DNA from: Felis catus
Taxonomy: Eukaryota
Direction of reading: 5' to 3'
Assembly (NCBI RefSeq): GCF_018350175.1
Contig: NC_058368.1
Coordinates: 132,310,001 to 132,374,000 of the forward strand
Length of the DNA: 64,000 bases
Position numbers and translations under genes: made by a program. Under the pieces are notes generated by a model. That model was not told where the DNA came from, ran no database searches, and worked only from the letters and a program-made list of their open reading frames with translations. Of this stretch, positions 38,854-53,046 are shown in pieces. Numbering within the stretch: the first letter of the stretch is position 1; each line of letters opens with the position of its first letter.

Positions 38854-40419
38854 CATTGTTTTGTTTTTTAGCTATATATCCTGCAAAATATTCCATATTA
38901 TCATATATAGATCTAATAGTGATCACTTTAGAGTACCATTCAATATATATTAGAAACATGACTAAATACTCTGAAATTTTGGTAATTTTATGGGCAAAAA
39001 TTTTTGATTTATTTTGTCCAGTTTCAAGTGAGTACAGTCAGTGTTCTATTTGTTCAGGAGAGTATGTGGTTCAAATCAAATATCCCATAGGAGCAATATT
39101 GAGACTTTTTATATGACCAAAACAGGTAACAACTAGCACTTTCTGTAAACATTTTTTAGGAGGTTTTAAAAAAATGTTTATTTATTTATTTTGAGAGAGA
39201 GAGAAAGCCTGTGCCACATGTGCACTCAAGCGGGCAAGCAATGACTATAAGCTTCTTTAATCAACTTCTTAATGAGTATTGACTATTAACTTTTTCTTCC
39301 TGAGTATAAAATGATTATTGGAAAACAGTGATGATTTTACTGGATTTGTTACAGAAGGAATGGCAATAATGCAAGACAAGTTACATTTTAGTTATTTAGA
39401 AATTGTACAATTTCAAAATTATCTCATGTTGGCCTTCCATGATACCTGAAATTCCATCAGGAAAGTCATTCTTTGGTCCAAAATACAAGGAAGCATGTTT
39501 GATAACTGACATTTATGGATGTCAGCATAGGTGTTCTACTTATTTTAATAAAAAATTCTGTACTAAAAAACAAAATCTACACTATTAGTGTGAATTTTGG
39601 TGTGAGAGCTAGAAAACTAGCTTTCTATATATAATTATCCTTAAACAAAAATATATTCATATTCATTTCATTTAAAGTGTATCCAAACAAGAATTAAAAT
39701 TGTACCTCGTATATCAGCTAATTCTTTCATTCCTCAGTCATTAAACTACTTTAACTAAGGGATCAATATTACATTTTTTTTAATTTATAATTTTCTATCC
39801 AGCTCAGGACTAGAAGTTCATACTTTACCTACCGTTACCGTGTGCTTTTTGAAATCAAAGGTTTAAAATGTCTGACAGGTTGACAGTGAGATCACTGTAA
39901 AACTTCAGATTTATGGTTAGGTCAAATCAACCTGACGTTCAAATGATGGAAGAGGGCATGATACTGCATGAAAAAGTTTCTTACTCTCCAAGTAGGTAAT
40001 CATCAGCAGTTTTATAGTAGTGACATTTATGGTCTCGGAGGGTGGTGAAAAAGGAGAGCATCAACAACTGATTTGATGGACAGCTCATATGGATTACACT
40101 TCATGGACTACCCTGGAAGTTTCCACAGTGAGGTTTGTTGGTTAACCTTCTGTCCAAAAACCAAATGAACAAACAAAAACCAAGTGTAGATTACCATATG
40201 ATGCCATATACAAAAGACTATTCAGTGAATTGGAACAACAGTGAACTTAAATAACAAAGCATTCTCCTGCCTTAGGACACCGACCTAAGTTATGATACCA
40301 AAAGAAAATAAATGGCAGAATTTATTTAAGTGTTGTAAGACTGTTACACTGAACATGCAACCCAACCCTTCTCACTTCTCTGACTACCACCCTTCTGTAA
40401 CCTACTGCCTTTGAAAGTT

Positions 40420-40552
40420 CACCTGAATCTACTTACTGTGTGATTTGTGACAATTTAATTTCTCTGAACCTCAATCTCCTTATCTCTAAGATGGTAAAAA
40501 AAAAAAAATATCAATCTGCTAAGGCTGTTATGAGAATTAAATCTGATAATGC
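40420..40552 (+). mobile_element. MIR fragment
   Basis: TCTCTGAACCTCAATCTCCTTATCTCTAAGATGG...GTTATGAGAATTAAAT resembles the MIR core. Confidence 0.6.
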
Positions 40553-41869
40553 AGGGTGTCTCATCCTACGAGTCCACAAACTCTCTCTTGGTCAAGGGTT
40601 TCCTGGTAACTTTTTTAGTTTCAGATTGTTACTTTGATAACAATATTTTTTCACAATGAGGAATGTAAGTGTGGTAACAAATAAACATATAAAATGAGAA
40701 AACAACTAAAAACAAATTAGTGCTGTATAGTGTCAGTGTCTGTTTTGCATTTGTGTTCTGGACCACACTGCCCCCAAATAGCACCAAGTTAATGCCAGAT
40801 GAGATCATAAAGCTATATAATCAAAGGTTTCTAGCAGCTTGAATAGAGAAAAATGATAGAAGTCACCACAGAGTAGTACAGGCATGCTGAACTTAGAGAA
40901 ACCTGTGTCATATTCACTTTGAGGAAACAATTTAGTTTCAACAACGGTTTTTGCCTTCATAGTAATGGTGATGTAACCTTTATTAGTTATGTACTTTTCT
41001 TGTAATTACATTTATCATTTATTTTGGTTTTATAACTCCACTAAAACTATAAGCATAAGGAACTTAAACTTTGTTTTTGTATTTGTACATATTTAAGTAA
41101 CAGTGATAATAAAATAATTTAATATTGCAGGGTCTGACACAATATTTTTTTCTTTAAAAGGAGTCTGTACATTTCTCTTGTTGAAAGTGAGATATTGTAT
41201 ACACAGCATTTAGCCCAAGAAAGGTCTTAGTAAAATTTAGTTCCCATCTCTTCCCATGTACACATTTATTTTTACATAGGTATCTGGAATTTGGCTAGGT
41301 TTGTTTGTTTTTTCCAGTTCATAGTAATAGTCAAAGGGTGAGAAAGGGCAGTCTGATGGGAATGATTATTTCAGTTTTCATGCTCTATACAGCAGAAATT
41401 CAAAGGGTATCAACTGGCAGATTTGGCAATCACTTCTGTGGTATCATTTGAGTGAAAAGAGTCATTTTTAATGGCCATTTTTGGAATTTTATCACTAGAA
41501 ATATATTCCTTTGGTAATGAAGACACAGGATTTCAGGTGTTCAAGAGAACTCTCTAAGCTTGGAATCCTCAAGTTTCTTAGAAGCAGAATTAGGGCCTAA
41601 AAGATTACGTAGAAATCCCAGCCCTCTCAAATAATTCTGAAGTAGAAGTCATTGAAAGTAGAAGTCATTAAAAATAGTTCTATCCATTTACTTATAATCT
41701 GTCTCTTTCCATGAAGAATTTGATACAAGCATATTAATATAAACAGTGACAGAAAGACAAGTTTCATCATAGAGCAGGTCTATTGCAAAAAAAGATCTCC
41801 TGGTGTTGTTGTAACTGGCTTAGTCAAGCATTTTTGTTTTTATTTATTTTTTTCTTCTGTTTCTATTAA

Positions 41870-42229
41870 TTTTTTTTCTTTTTTAGAATTTAATAATTTG
41901 AGAATAGTTGACATATAATGTTACATTCGTTTCAGGTATACAACATAATGATTCAACATCTCTATATGTTGTGCTATGCTCTCCAAAAGTGTAGCTACTG
42001 TCTGTCACCATAAGATGACAGTATCATTATTACAGTATCATTGACTATAGGGGTACCTAGGGTAGTTCAGTTGGTTGACCATCTGACTCTTGGTTTTGGC
42101 TCAGGTCGTGATCCCAGGATCATGGAATTGAGCCCTGTGTCTGGCTCCACACTCAGCATGGAGCCTGCTTGGGATTCTCTCTCTCTCTCTCTCTGTCTCT
42201 CTCTGTCTTTCTCTCTCTCTCTCTGTCTC

Positions 42230-42281
<52 letters not shown>

Positions 42282-42420
42282 TCTCTTTTTCTCTCTCTCT
42301 CAGGCTCTCTCTGTCCCTCCCCATTCTCATGCACTCTCCCTCTCTCTCAAAATAAATTTTTTTTTTTTTGAAAAACAGTACCATCGACTATATTCCCTAT
42401 GCTGTGCCTTTTACTCCCAT
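41870..42420 (-). mobile_element. Old L1 3'UTR fragment interrupted by a SINE
   Basis: ATAGTTGACATATAATGTTACATT.GTTTCAGGTATACAACATAATGATTCAAC...continues after the SINE as TATTCCCTATGCTGTGCCTTTT. Confidence 0.8.
42050..42375 (+). mobile_element. CAN-SINE with greatly expanded (CT)n/(CTGT) tract
   Basis: Sense body; TSD ACAGTA(T/C)CAT(T/C)GACTATA. Confidence 0.92.
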
Positions 42421-43169
42421 AGTCAAACATTTTTAGACTGTGAATTGGTCAGGATTCCTCCTAACTAAGTAGTTCATAAGAGGAGGTATCACTTGTCAAA
42501 GACAAGAGGAGAAAGTAAATAAAGAAGGCATTGACAGAGTAGGCTGCCAGAGACTTCAGAAAGTTGGTGAAAACTAGGGTAGATTGAGGATTAATGAATC
42601 TAATTACAGAACTGCAGGAAAGAAGCAAAGGGAGCTTTCAAAGCAAGACATAAACAAAGGAATGGTTAATGTACTACCAGAGGTCAGGCAACTGTTTTCA
42701 TGAGTAACAGTATAAATTCATAATCGCACATGTCATTTAAAATAATATATGCTGTTTCTTTTCTAATTCTACATATTCTAAAAGTAATGATAACAGTTTG
42801 GGTCCTTTTCATTTAGGCACCTGAATACCCCTAAAAAATAGACACAGTAGGTTAGGACATTATCAATAAACTCAACACTACTTTTCTATCTTTACTACAA
42901 CTTTTCCTCATAGCTGTGGTTAAACCAGTTGCCAAAGTCACAGAGAAAGAATCATAGACATGAGAGATAATTACAACATGTTATTCACTTTGATGCCTAT
43001 CAAATAATCTCCTCATGTCTTAATGAGGTAGAGTTTCAGATGTCTCCAAGTAGTCAATCTCCTACTAGTTTATTAAATAATGACATTATGTGCTGGGAAG
43101 TTTTTGGTTTTGCGATTTATTTTTTAATTCAGACATCAGGTGTTAGAATCAAAGGCATCTTCAGTTCCC

Positions 43170-44530
43170 TTTAAAAAAACAACTTCTTACTCGAAAATTT
43201 CAAACTTACACAAAGTTGCAAAAACAAAAATAGCACAAAGAACTCTTTTAAACCTTCTACCTGAACTCATCTATCGTTAACATTTTACCCTATTTGCTTT
43301 ATTATTTGCACTTGTGCTCTCTACACATAGTTGTTTGTTTTTTTTTTACAGAATCATTTGATAGTAAATTACATACATCATGGCCCTTTATTCATAAAAT
43401 TTCAGTGTGAAGTTCCTAAGGAATCCACTCAGGGTTATTCTCTTACGTAACCACAGAGTATCAACAGCATAAATTTACAATGAAATAATATTTTTATCTA
43501 ATCTACTATCCATATTCAAATTTTGCCAATTGAACTAATAATGTAGTTTATAATATAGATATATATTTTTTTCTCCTCCAGTAAAGGAAAGATTCCAGGA
43601 TCAGGTATATTTAGTTGTCATGTCTCTTCAGTATTTTTTAATGTGAACATTTCCACAGCCTTTTTTTTTTGTCTTTTATGAGACATTTAAAAATTTTTTT
43701 TTAATCTTTATTTTTGAGAGAGAGAGAGAGAGAGTGTGCGAGCAGTGGAGGAACAAAGAGAGAGAGACACAGAATCCAAGGCAGGCTCCAGGCTCTGAGC
43801 CCTGGACATGGGGCTCGAACTCACAAACCATGAGATCATGACCTGAGCCAAATTCGGACGCTTAACCAATTGAGCCACCCAGGCGCCCCTTTTATGAGAC
43901 ATTTTTAATGGACATTGTCCTCCCAACTTTCTCTTGATAAAATAATCCTCATTTTGCATCTATCTGATGTGGTTAGGATGAAGTCAGGTATTCTTGACTA
44001 GAATATCACATCTGGAGACACAGGTCTACCTGTCCTTCATTCATTCTGTAAAATGACTATTACCTAATCAAGCTGTTAGCTGATTTCACACTGCATAATT
44101 ACTGGGATTTTTTTGCTCTCTTTCAACTTGACAAGCAGCCTGACACTTGAAGTCAATCAATTATCATGCTCCTCATCAAAATTTCCCACTAGATTTAGCA
44201 TCCACACATGATCTTTGCCTGATTGAAGCTTTATCATGATGATTTTCCAACTGCAGATCTCTTCTATATTTACCAATCAACCCTGAGATTTCCACTATAA
44301 GCAAGAGACTCTTTCTTTCCTACTTATGGATTCATGAATTACTAGTTTTTCAATAAGTTATAATTTATTACTGTACTTAATTATTGTGGTGCTCAGGTGG
44401 TCCCAACCCATTCAATCGGACTCTTGGGGTCTTGTTACATGATATCATCAATTTCTGGACCACTGGCCCTAACCTACTCTTGAAATCAGCCATTTCACTG
44501 AGAAGCCTCTGGGTTCTCCTTTTCTTTGCA
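43170..44530 (-). mobile_element. Ancient L1M (L1MC-like) 3' region
   Basis: AAAATTTCAAACTTACACAAAGTTGCAAAA...GTTAACATTTTACCCTATTTGCTTTA...ACATCATGGCCCTTTA...TTCTCTTACGTAACCACAG, typical of antisense old L1 3'UTRs. Confidence 0.65.
43690..43889 (-). mobile_element. CAN-SINE
   Basis: Antisense body; TSD TTTTATGAGACATTT. Confidence 0.93.
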
Positions 44531-44539
44531 AAGATACAG

Positions 44540-44743
44540 TATTTATTATTATTATTGATGATGATGATGATGATGATGATGATTGAGGGAGAGAGTGAGC
44601 AGGGAAGGTGCAGAGAGAGGGGCAGAGAGAAACCTAAGCAGGCTCTACAACCAACGTGTGACTTGATCCCACAATTGTGAGATTATGACCTGAGCAGAAA
44701 TTAAGAGTCAGACACTTACCTGACTGAGCCACGTAAGCATCCC
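44540..44743 (-). mobile_element. CAN-SINE with (ATT)n(GAT)n tail microsatellite
   Basis: Antisense body preceded by trinucleotide runs. Confidence 0.85.
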
Positions 44744-45151
44744 TAGAACATTTTTAATTTTTAGAATGTAAAGATTCCTCTTAGCAGGCTCTGAAACACC
44801 AGAGAAGCCAACATTATAAAACTGCTTGGTGATTTAAAATTTTTAAAAAACTGTCCAATTGCTTAACATTTTAAATATCTTAATTATCAAGTAATTTTGA
44901 GCTATTCAAGACATGATCATCATGAAATTTAAAAATATTACATATTTCTTTATAACTTACCTAGAATCTCAAGATGTGACTAGTATACTCTAAACATTCC
45001 CCGCCAACTCTACCAAGGTTTTTCAACATTTCAAATTGGCAATGCTTTTCTTTTTTTATTTTTCTTGTTAGAAATGGAAATTTTTTCCTGATTTTCAAAA
45101 TGTGCTGCTACATCTATCATTTTATAGTCATGTATTTAAAGCCAATCTTGA

Positions 45152-45380
45152 GGGGCGCCTGGGTGCCTCAGTCAGTTAGGCATCCAACTCTTGGTTTCAG
45201 TTCAGGTCATGATCTCAGTTTCATGAGTTTGAGCCCCACATCAGGCTCTGTGCTGGTGGTGCAGAGCCTGCTTGGGATTCTCTCTCTCCCTCTCTCTCTC
45301 TGACACTCCCCCACTCATACTGTCTCTGACTCTCTCAAAAATAACCAAAAATAATTTTTAATAAAAAAATTAAAAAAAAA
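45152..45380 (+). mobile_element. CAN-SINE
   Basis: TSD TAAAGCCAATCTTGA (45137-45151 / 45381-45395). Confidence 0.95.
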
Positions 45381-45594
45381 TAAAGCCAATCTTGAAAATT
45401 GATTCAAATCTTAAAGCCAAAAAGTATTTAACAAATGATTCCTTCTCCAGAAGACAAATAGGTAATAAGATGAAAAGAATGTCTTCTCTATTACTCTTGG
45501 CTTAAAATGTTATGTTTACTGAACATATAGAGAGTTGATACTTTGCAAGATTACTTAAAGAAGTTTGCAGGAAAAATGTAATTTCAAACTGTTT

Positions 45595-47962
45595 GAATAT
45601 CCCTGATGAATACAGATGCAATAACTCTCAACAAAATGTTAGCAAACAACAACAAAACTCCCCAGCACATTAAAAGGATCATATGCCAGATCAGGTAGGA
45701 TTCATCTCTGGGATGCAAAGATGGTTCAACATACACAAATTAATAAATGTGACAGATCACATTAATAGAACAAGAGATGAAAATCATAGGACCATCTCAG
45801 TAGATGAAGAAAAGGACATTGACAAAATTCAATATCCTTTTATTGAAAAAATTCTCAACAACCTATATATAAAAGAAACAAGCTTAACATAATAAAGGCT
45901 CATGTAACAAATATGATAATCCTATGATTATATTATGCTCAACAATGAAAAGTTGAAGCTTTTCCGCTAAGATCAGGAACAAGGTAAGAGTGTCTTCTAC
46001 TCTCTCACCATTCCTATTCAACACAGCACTGTAAGTCCTAGCCAGACCAATCAGACAAGAAAAAGAAATAAGAGGCATCCAAATCAGAAAGGAAAAAGTA
46101 AAATTATCTCTGTTTACAGATGGCATGATCTTGCATATAGAAAATCCTAAAGACTCTACCAAAAAATGGTTAGAAATAATAAAGTAACTCAGGAAAGTGC
46201 AGGATACAAAATCAATATACAAAAATCAGTTTCATTTCAATATACTGAAAATGAGTTTTCTGAAAAAGTAATAAATAATCCCATTTATAAGAGAATCAAA
46301 AACAATAAAATACTTAGAAATAAATTTAGCCAATGAAGAGAAAGATCCGTACTCTGAAAATTCCAAGATTTGTATGAAAGAAATCAAGACAAAAATAAAT
46401 GGAAAGATATCCCATGTTCATGAATGAGAAGAATTCAATTTGTTGAAATAACCCTCATGCATATATAGTCAACTAACATTTGACAAGGGAGCCAAGAAAC
46501 ACAATGTTGAAAATATAGTCTCTTCCATAAATGATGTTGGGAAAACTTGATAATCCCATGTAAAAGAATGCAATTAAACCCTCATCTTACACCACTTACA
46601 AAAATTAACTCAAAATGGAATAAAGATGTAAATAAAACCTAAAACCATAAAACTTCTAGAAGAAAACATAAGAGAAAATTTCCTTGACATTGGTCTTAAT
46701 GATTTTTTCCTTGATATGACACTAAAAATATGAGCAACAAAAGCCAAATAAACAGTGGGACTACATCAAATTAAAAGTCTTGCACACAGCAAAAGAACAA
46801 ACAACAAACAAAATGAAAAAGCAACACACAGAATGGGAAAAAATATTTACAAACCATGTATCTGATAAAGGCAAATATCTCAAATATATAAAGAAATCAT
46901 ACAACTCAATAGTAAAAAACAAATAATCCAATTTTTTAAACTGGCAGAACTAAATATACATTTTTCCAACAAGGACATCTGAATGTCTAAATGGCATATG
47001 AAAATATGTTCAATGTCACTAATCATCAGGGAAATGCAAATCAAAAGCACAATGAGATATCACCTCAAACCTGTTAGAATGGCTAGTATCAAAAAGACAA
47101 GAGATAACTAATGCTGGCAAGGATGTAGAGAAAAGGGAACTCTTGTGCACTGTTGGTGGGTATGTAAATTGGTACATCCACTATGGAAAACATTATGGAT
47201 GTTCCTCAAAACAACAAAAATGGAACTACCATATGCTCCAGTAATCCCACTTCTGGGTATACACCTGAAGGAAATGAAATCACTATATCAAAGAGATATC
47301 TGCACCTTATGTTTACTGAAGCACTACTTATAATAGCCAAAACATGGAAACAACCTAAGTGTCCAATGACTAAAGAATGGATAAATAAAATATCATATAT
47401 ATAATATTATTATATATTATATTATACACACACACAATGAAATATTATTTAAGAAAAAGGCAATCTTGCCATTTTCAACAGCATGGATGAAATTTGAAGA
47501 CATCATGTAAGTGAAATGAGGCACACAGAAAAAGACAAGTATTATATGATTTCAGTTACATGTGAAGTCTAAAAAAAACCAAACTCATAGAAACAGAGAG
47601 TAGATTGGTGGTTGCTAGAGGAGAAGGGGTGGGGGTGGAAAATTTGGAAAGTGAAATGAAAGTTGTCAAAGAGTACACATTTCCAGTTGTAAAATGAATA
47701 AGCTCTGGGATCTAATGTAGGGCATGATGACTATAGTTAATGACATTATATTGTCAACTTGAAAGTTGCTGAGAAAATAGATCTTGAAAGTTCTCTCCAC
47801 CAAAAAAAAAAAAAAAAAGTAACTAAGTTAGGTGATGGTTGTGATAACTAACTTACTGTGGTAATCATTTTATCATAATACATATATCAAATTGTCAAAC
47901 TGTACACCCTACACTACACAATGTTACATGTCAATTACATCTCAATTAATCTGGGGGTAAAA
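45595..47962 (+). mobile_element. Old 5'-truncated L1 (L1MA-like) with internal deletion
   Basis: Decayed ORF2 RT ([15 protein letters not shown]) to C-terminus, deletion near 46450, L1MA-type 3'UTR. Confidence 0.92.
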
Positions 47963-48143
47963 AAGAAACAGAATGGAAAAGGAATGAGCCTCATTTAATA
48001 TGGGTGGGTAAATTACCTGGGAGAGATTTCAAAATCAGAAATGTACCAAAAACTAATGTTCTTTAATACTGAATAATTGTCACTACCTATAGGTACCAGT
48101 CATGGGCTGTAAAGGAATTTTGACACATCAGAATGCCCATCTC

Positions 48144-48368
48144 TTTTTTTTTTTAATTTTTTTTTAACGTTTATTTATTTTTGAGACAGAGAAAGACAGA
48201 GCATGAACAGGGGAGGGTCAGAGAGAGAGGGAGACACAGAATCTGAAACAGGCTCCAGGCTCTGAGCGGTCAGCACAGAGCCCGACGCGGGGCTTGAACT
48301 CACAGACTGCGAGATCGTGACCTGAGCCGAAGTGGGACACTTAACCGACTGAGCCACCCAGGCGCCCC
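48144..48368 (-). mobile_element. CAN-SINE
   Basis: Perfect TSD CAGAATGCCCATCTC. Confidence 0.96.
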
Positions 48369-49051
48369 CAGAATGCCCATCTCAATCACAGAAGCCATCT
48401 CTGTCAGCAGCCTGAACATATAGATTATTTTCTCAAATAATGGACATTAAAGGCTCTAATCGTTCAACAAATATTTACCAAGCACTTATGGTCTTTTTTC
48501 TTTTTCCAAGCACTTATGGTCTTGATGAATCAGCAACAAATTCTACCCATAAAGAGATGACATGCATATAACTGTAATATAGAGTAAATGTGATAAATTT
48601 GATAAGAAGAGTATACAAAAAAGTACCATAAGAAATAAGAATAAACATGCTCACCATACATCAGAGTGCAAATTGTTTTCCAAATAAGAGTTTCTGGAGT
48701 TTAGTGCAAGTTAGTGGCAATGCATTCTTTTCATATGTGCTTTCCAAACCAACAGTTAGTAACACATCTTTTGGTAAGTATGACTTACCAAGGAAAACAG
48801 GTTTGTTTGTTTTTTTCCTTTTGTGTGTTGCATAATCTTTCCAAAATGAGGCTGATTTTATATTTAAGAGGGCATAAAAAGAGTAGTCCTAATTTTAGTT
48901 AGCTTTATTTTTTCCTTCTTCATATGGAATAGGGAAATTGTGTAGTTACAAAAGAAAAAAGAGGTAAACCATTCCATATTGTGGCACTAGAGAAGTAAGG
49001 CTAACAGGGAACAAGAATTATATAAGAAATGATGGGATTAATCATCATTCA

Positions 49052-49551
49052 TGTGGCAGATTGTTTGTTTGTTTGTTTACAAAGATGGTCCTAATAATAT
49101 CTCCCATCCACCTGGGTCTTTGACATTCCTCTCATCAAGAGGATCTCTGTTTTTTCCTCTTGAAATGTAGGCTTGTGACCTGAGAGACAAGGTCATAAAA
49201 GGTATTACACCTTCTGCTTCTTTCTCTGAAGACACTGGCTTTTGGAACTTCCATGTGAGCAGGCTGGCTGCCCTAAGGCCAGCATGCTGTAAGAAAGCCC
49301 AAACTAAACCACTTGTAGAAACCACATAAAGAGAGAAAGATGTCCAGTCAGCCCCCAGTTGCTTTAGCCCCCTTTATCAGCCCTGGTCACAGTCTAACTG
49401 CAACCACATTGGAGACGAAACCAGCACTGCCCAGCTGAGGCCTTCCCAAATTCCTGACCCAGAGAATCCTTGGGCAATAACAATGATTGCTATTGTTTTA
49501 AGCCACTAACTTTTGGGGTGATTTGTTATGCAACAACAGATAACTGAAACA
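49052..49551 (+). mobile_element. Solo MaLR LTR (MLT1G/H-like)
   Basis: TGTGGCAGATTG...CAAAGATGG...CCCAAATTCCTGACCCAGAGAAT...TTTTAAGCCACTAAC.TTTGGGGTGATTTGTTATGCAACAACAGATAACTGAAACA. Confidence 0.85.
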
Positions 49552-51227
49552 TGTCAGCATTTCACACAGCAAATACTGAATAATACCATGAACTGGGTTG
49601 AAAAAGAAAGTCAGGTAAGGAACTAAAGGTGTGTAAGTCATACTGAATGTTTATTGTAATCTCATTTGAGTTTACACAGGGCTTTCCGTTTTCTTCACAT
49701 TTCATTCAATAACATTGACTAATATGAAATCCAAAGCAAAAAAATCATGAAGCACATGTGGTAAAGCTAACTTTGGTCTGCTGAAAACAGTTAGCAGCAG
49801 TACTAAGTAGACCAACGATTCCCAAAATTGGGCCTATCTACAAAGTTCCAGCGTCTCAGCTTCTGATTTACCTTTCTAATAAGATTATATCCAATAAGAT
49901 TATATATACTAAGCATATCACTTAATAATTTATGAAGTGCTTTTATGTACATGATTTCATTTGACCTTATAAATAACCCTATGACAAAGCAGAGCCTCAT
50001 ACAGAGAATGTTGAAATTCATAAAAATTACACCAATTGAGCAGGATTGAAGAGCTGGGTGACAAACGTATTTAATCCAGGCAAGCAGAAGACTGAGCTAC
50101 TACCCTGACCTGGGAGCCAAGACTTAAGTTTGTGCATGAAATACACAATATATTAGACTGTAATGGTCACTGACCATGTGGTATGCACTATTAAGTGTGC
50201 CACACTTCATGGAACGAAGACACGGGTGTATATTAAATATTATGCTCTTAAAGTGTTAAACTCTTTTACTTTTAAAATACCCTCCTCTGAGAAACTTGCA
50301 TTTTTTATTATTCTCTGGATAATCACTAAAGGCTATTCCAAGGACTAGTCTCAGGAGTCTTGTAATTTTTTAAATGTTAAACAAAGTAGGTGCTATTTCA
50401 AAGTCCAAACGTTTGATTTAATGAATGCCAAGCATCTCAAATCCACAGGAAATTTTTTTAAGAAAACATTGCAGCATATCCTCTGAAGAGGCAAGTTAAC
50501 ATATGGACCAAATGGTATTCTCGTTGAGCTCCAAGTACTGCTTATCAGGATAGAAGAGGTTTGTTGTTATTGTTGTTGTTCAGTGTGCCTAAACATTGAG
50601 TATTTATAGGAAAACAAGCATTTTAAATTCTTAAATTCCCTGTTCTTTGCCACTAACCACCCCTCCCCAATCATTGGAATAGTTCCATCTCATTTTAACA
50701 ACTTCCCATTAAACCTCATGAACCATATCCTGTACTTAATGGGCTGTTAATATTTTAAAGCTTCTGTAGTTCTAAATCCCTGTAAATCCCTGGTCCCTTT
50801 TGCAAAATCGAAAAGATATACCAAAAATTCTTCCCAACTGATGGTACAAACAAACAAACACCCAACTTACATTTTAATAGATAAACAATAATTTGTACTA
50901 TTACAATAGATACAAACCTAACAGTATAGCAGGCACAGTTTTGATAACTATATAGCTGAAAACAACTAAGTGTGGTTGGAAACACAGAGGTATTGTACTG
51001 GCTTCGAGCCACATACTTGTCACATTAGCCCACCATACGCCACAATGCACTTGCTTAATCACAAGAATGGCACTTCAGTGCTTAAAAAATAAATAAATAC
51101 AATTAAAGTCATCTGCCAAGTCAGTTTAAGCTGATTTATTTCCCTTTAGAAAGTGAACAGAGACAAAAAAACTAATAAGGTAAACTAATTATCTCAAGAA
51201 AACAAACTAGAACTTTAAAAACATTTT

Positions 51228-51444
51228 GGGGGCACCTGGGTGGCTCAGTCAGTTAAGCGCCCAACTCTTGATTTTCACTCAGGTCATGATCTCACAGTTC
51301 TTGAGACCAAGCCCCACATCTGGTTCTACACTGTTGGCATGGAGCCTATGTGGGATTGTCTCTCCCTCTCTCTCTCTCTGCCCCTCCCCTACTTGCACGC
51401 GTGCATGCACCTCTCAAAAATAAATAAATAAACATTAAAAAAAA
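51228..51444 (+). mobile_element. CAN-SINE
   Basis: Sense head, CT tract, A tail. Confidence 0.92.
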
Positions 51445-51889
51445 TTTTCTTCTTCTCCCCCCCGTTTTTGAAGTGATTAACCAGTTCAGATGATATCATC
51501 TCTAGTTTCTATTACCCTGTGTTTACGCATATACATAGCCATTTTAATAATTCTTTTCAAGAAGTGGAATGGAAGAACAGTCTTTAAGTCAAACATTTCA
51601 GTTCAGATCGAACCTTCAGTTCAGCTTAAAATGTCTTGCTTGATCCTGATATAAGAAATAAAGCTATACTGTGTGATTGGAACAGACATGTCCTATCTAT
51701 GGCCAACCTCTCTGCTTCTGCCCTTATTCGTCTCTTAAATAGAGATTTCACAACAAAAAACCATGCAACTTATATATGTTGTTTTCATATATAATACCTT
51801 TATATTTATAAATTTTAAAGCTATGAAATAAGTGATGTATCAGTCTATCTTAGATGCAAACTGGTGTGTGTTTGTAATGTTCTACATTC

Positions 51890-52116
51890 TTTTTTTTTTA
51901 AATATTTTGTTAAAGTTTATTTATTTATTTTGATAGAGACAGAGACAGCACAAATGGGAAAAGGGCAGAGAGAGAGGAAGATAGAGAATCCTAAGCAGGC
52001 TCCACATTGTTAGAACAGAGCCCAAAGTGGGGCTGGAACTCATGAAACTGTGAGACCATGACCCGAGGCAAAACCAAGAGACAGACGCTTAACCAGTTGA
52101 GCCACCCAGTCACCCC
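51890..52116 (-). mobile_element. CAN-SINE
   Basis: Antisense body. Confidence 0.92.
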
Positions 52117-52654
52117 TCTACTGTCATTCTTAACATTTAACTACAATTTTCTTTTCTTTTTGTTTTGGTTTTATTGTTTAACCCCTGACAGCTTTCTTCT
52201 ACTTATTTTTCTCCTCTGTTAGGTCCATTCAAGATTTAAATTATTTTCTTCTTGAATATTATATACACTTTCACATATGAATTATAGCTACATATTAATA
52301 CATGTATGTAGGTTACACTATCCATGCTGCCACAATTTTTCCAAGGGTTAGTATTTTCTTATATATTTGATGAGCATACTAACTAGTAATTACATAATTC
52401 ATCTCTGGAAATCATTGGGACAATTTCTTTCTCAGAAGCTCCTTGTAAGTGTTCAAAAGACTATTTTGTTTCTGTAAGCTCATACATACCTTTTTATTTC
52501 ATAATGTCTAAATACTTCCATTAGTTTCAACTCCCTTGAATTAACATCTGAATAAAACTTCTTTTTTCCCCTAGTTCCTTGCCAATAAAATGAAAAACTT
52601 GCCAATTAGAGAAACTAAGAGCCTTTCTAATACTGAACACCTATAAAGAGATGT

Positions 52655-52840
52655 CTTTTTTTTTCTTTAAATGTTCATTTATTTATTTGAGCGGGGGGGG
52701 GGGGGTGGGGGAAAGAGCAGAGAAAGAGAGAGAGACAGAATCCCAAGCAGACTGCGTGCTCACAACTGAGCTGGATGCAGGGCTTGATCTCATAAACCAT
52801 GAGATCATGACCTGAGCTGAAATCAAAAGTTGAACACTTT
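52655..52840 (-). mobile_element. CAN-SINE, head truncated, with poly-G run
   Basis: Antisense body; G run at 52693-52711. Confidence 0.85.
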
Positions 52841-53046
52841 TGAATGGTGTCTGATTATTTTAACTCTGATCTAATGTACAGATATGGTACTTTTAAGAAA
52901 TCACAATAGCACGCATTTCTATTCTTTTGCTTTTCATGAAAAGGGGAGATTTCAAGCAAATTGCTGTTAAATATTCCTCCCACAGGGAGAAAATAAAGTT
53001 CCCATGAGAATAGATGAAAAAGATTAAAAGTAACTTATGAAAACAT

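Noticed and set aside
40552..41190. Possible hAT-Charlie DNA transposon remnant
   Set aside because: Terminal inverted repeats could not be established by eye.
44961..45087. Minus-strand segment ending at a strong TAG|GTAAGT donor
   Set aside because: Poor acceptor context and stop codons in the frames examined.
48771..48791. Palindrome TTGGTAAGT-ATG-ACTTACCAA with donor-like sites on both strands
   Set aside because: A 9-bp stem can arise by chance in 64 kb of AT-rich DNA; no exon context.
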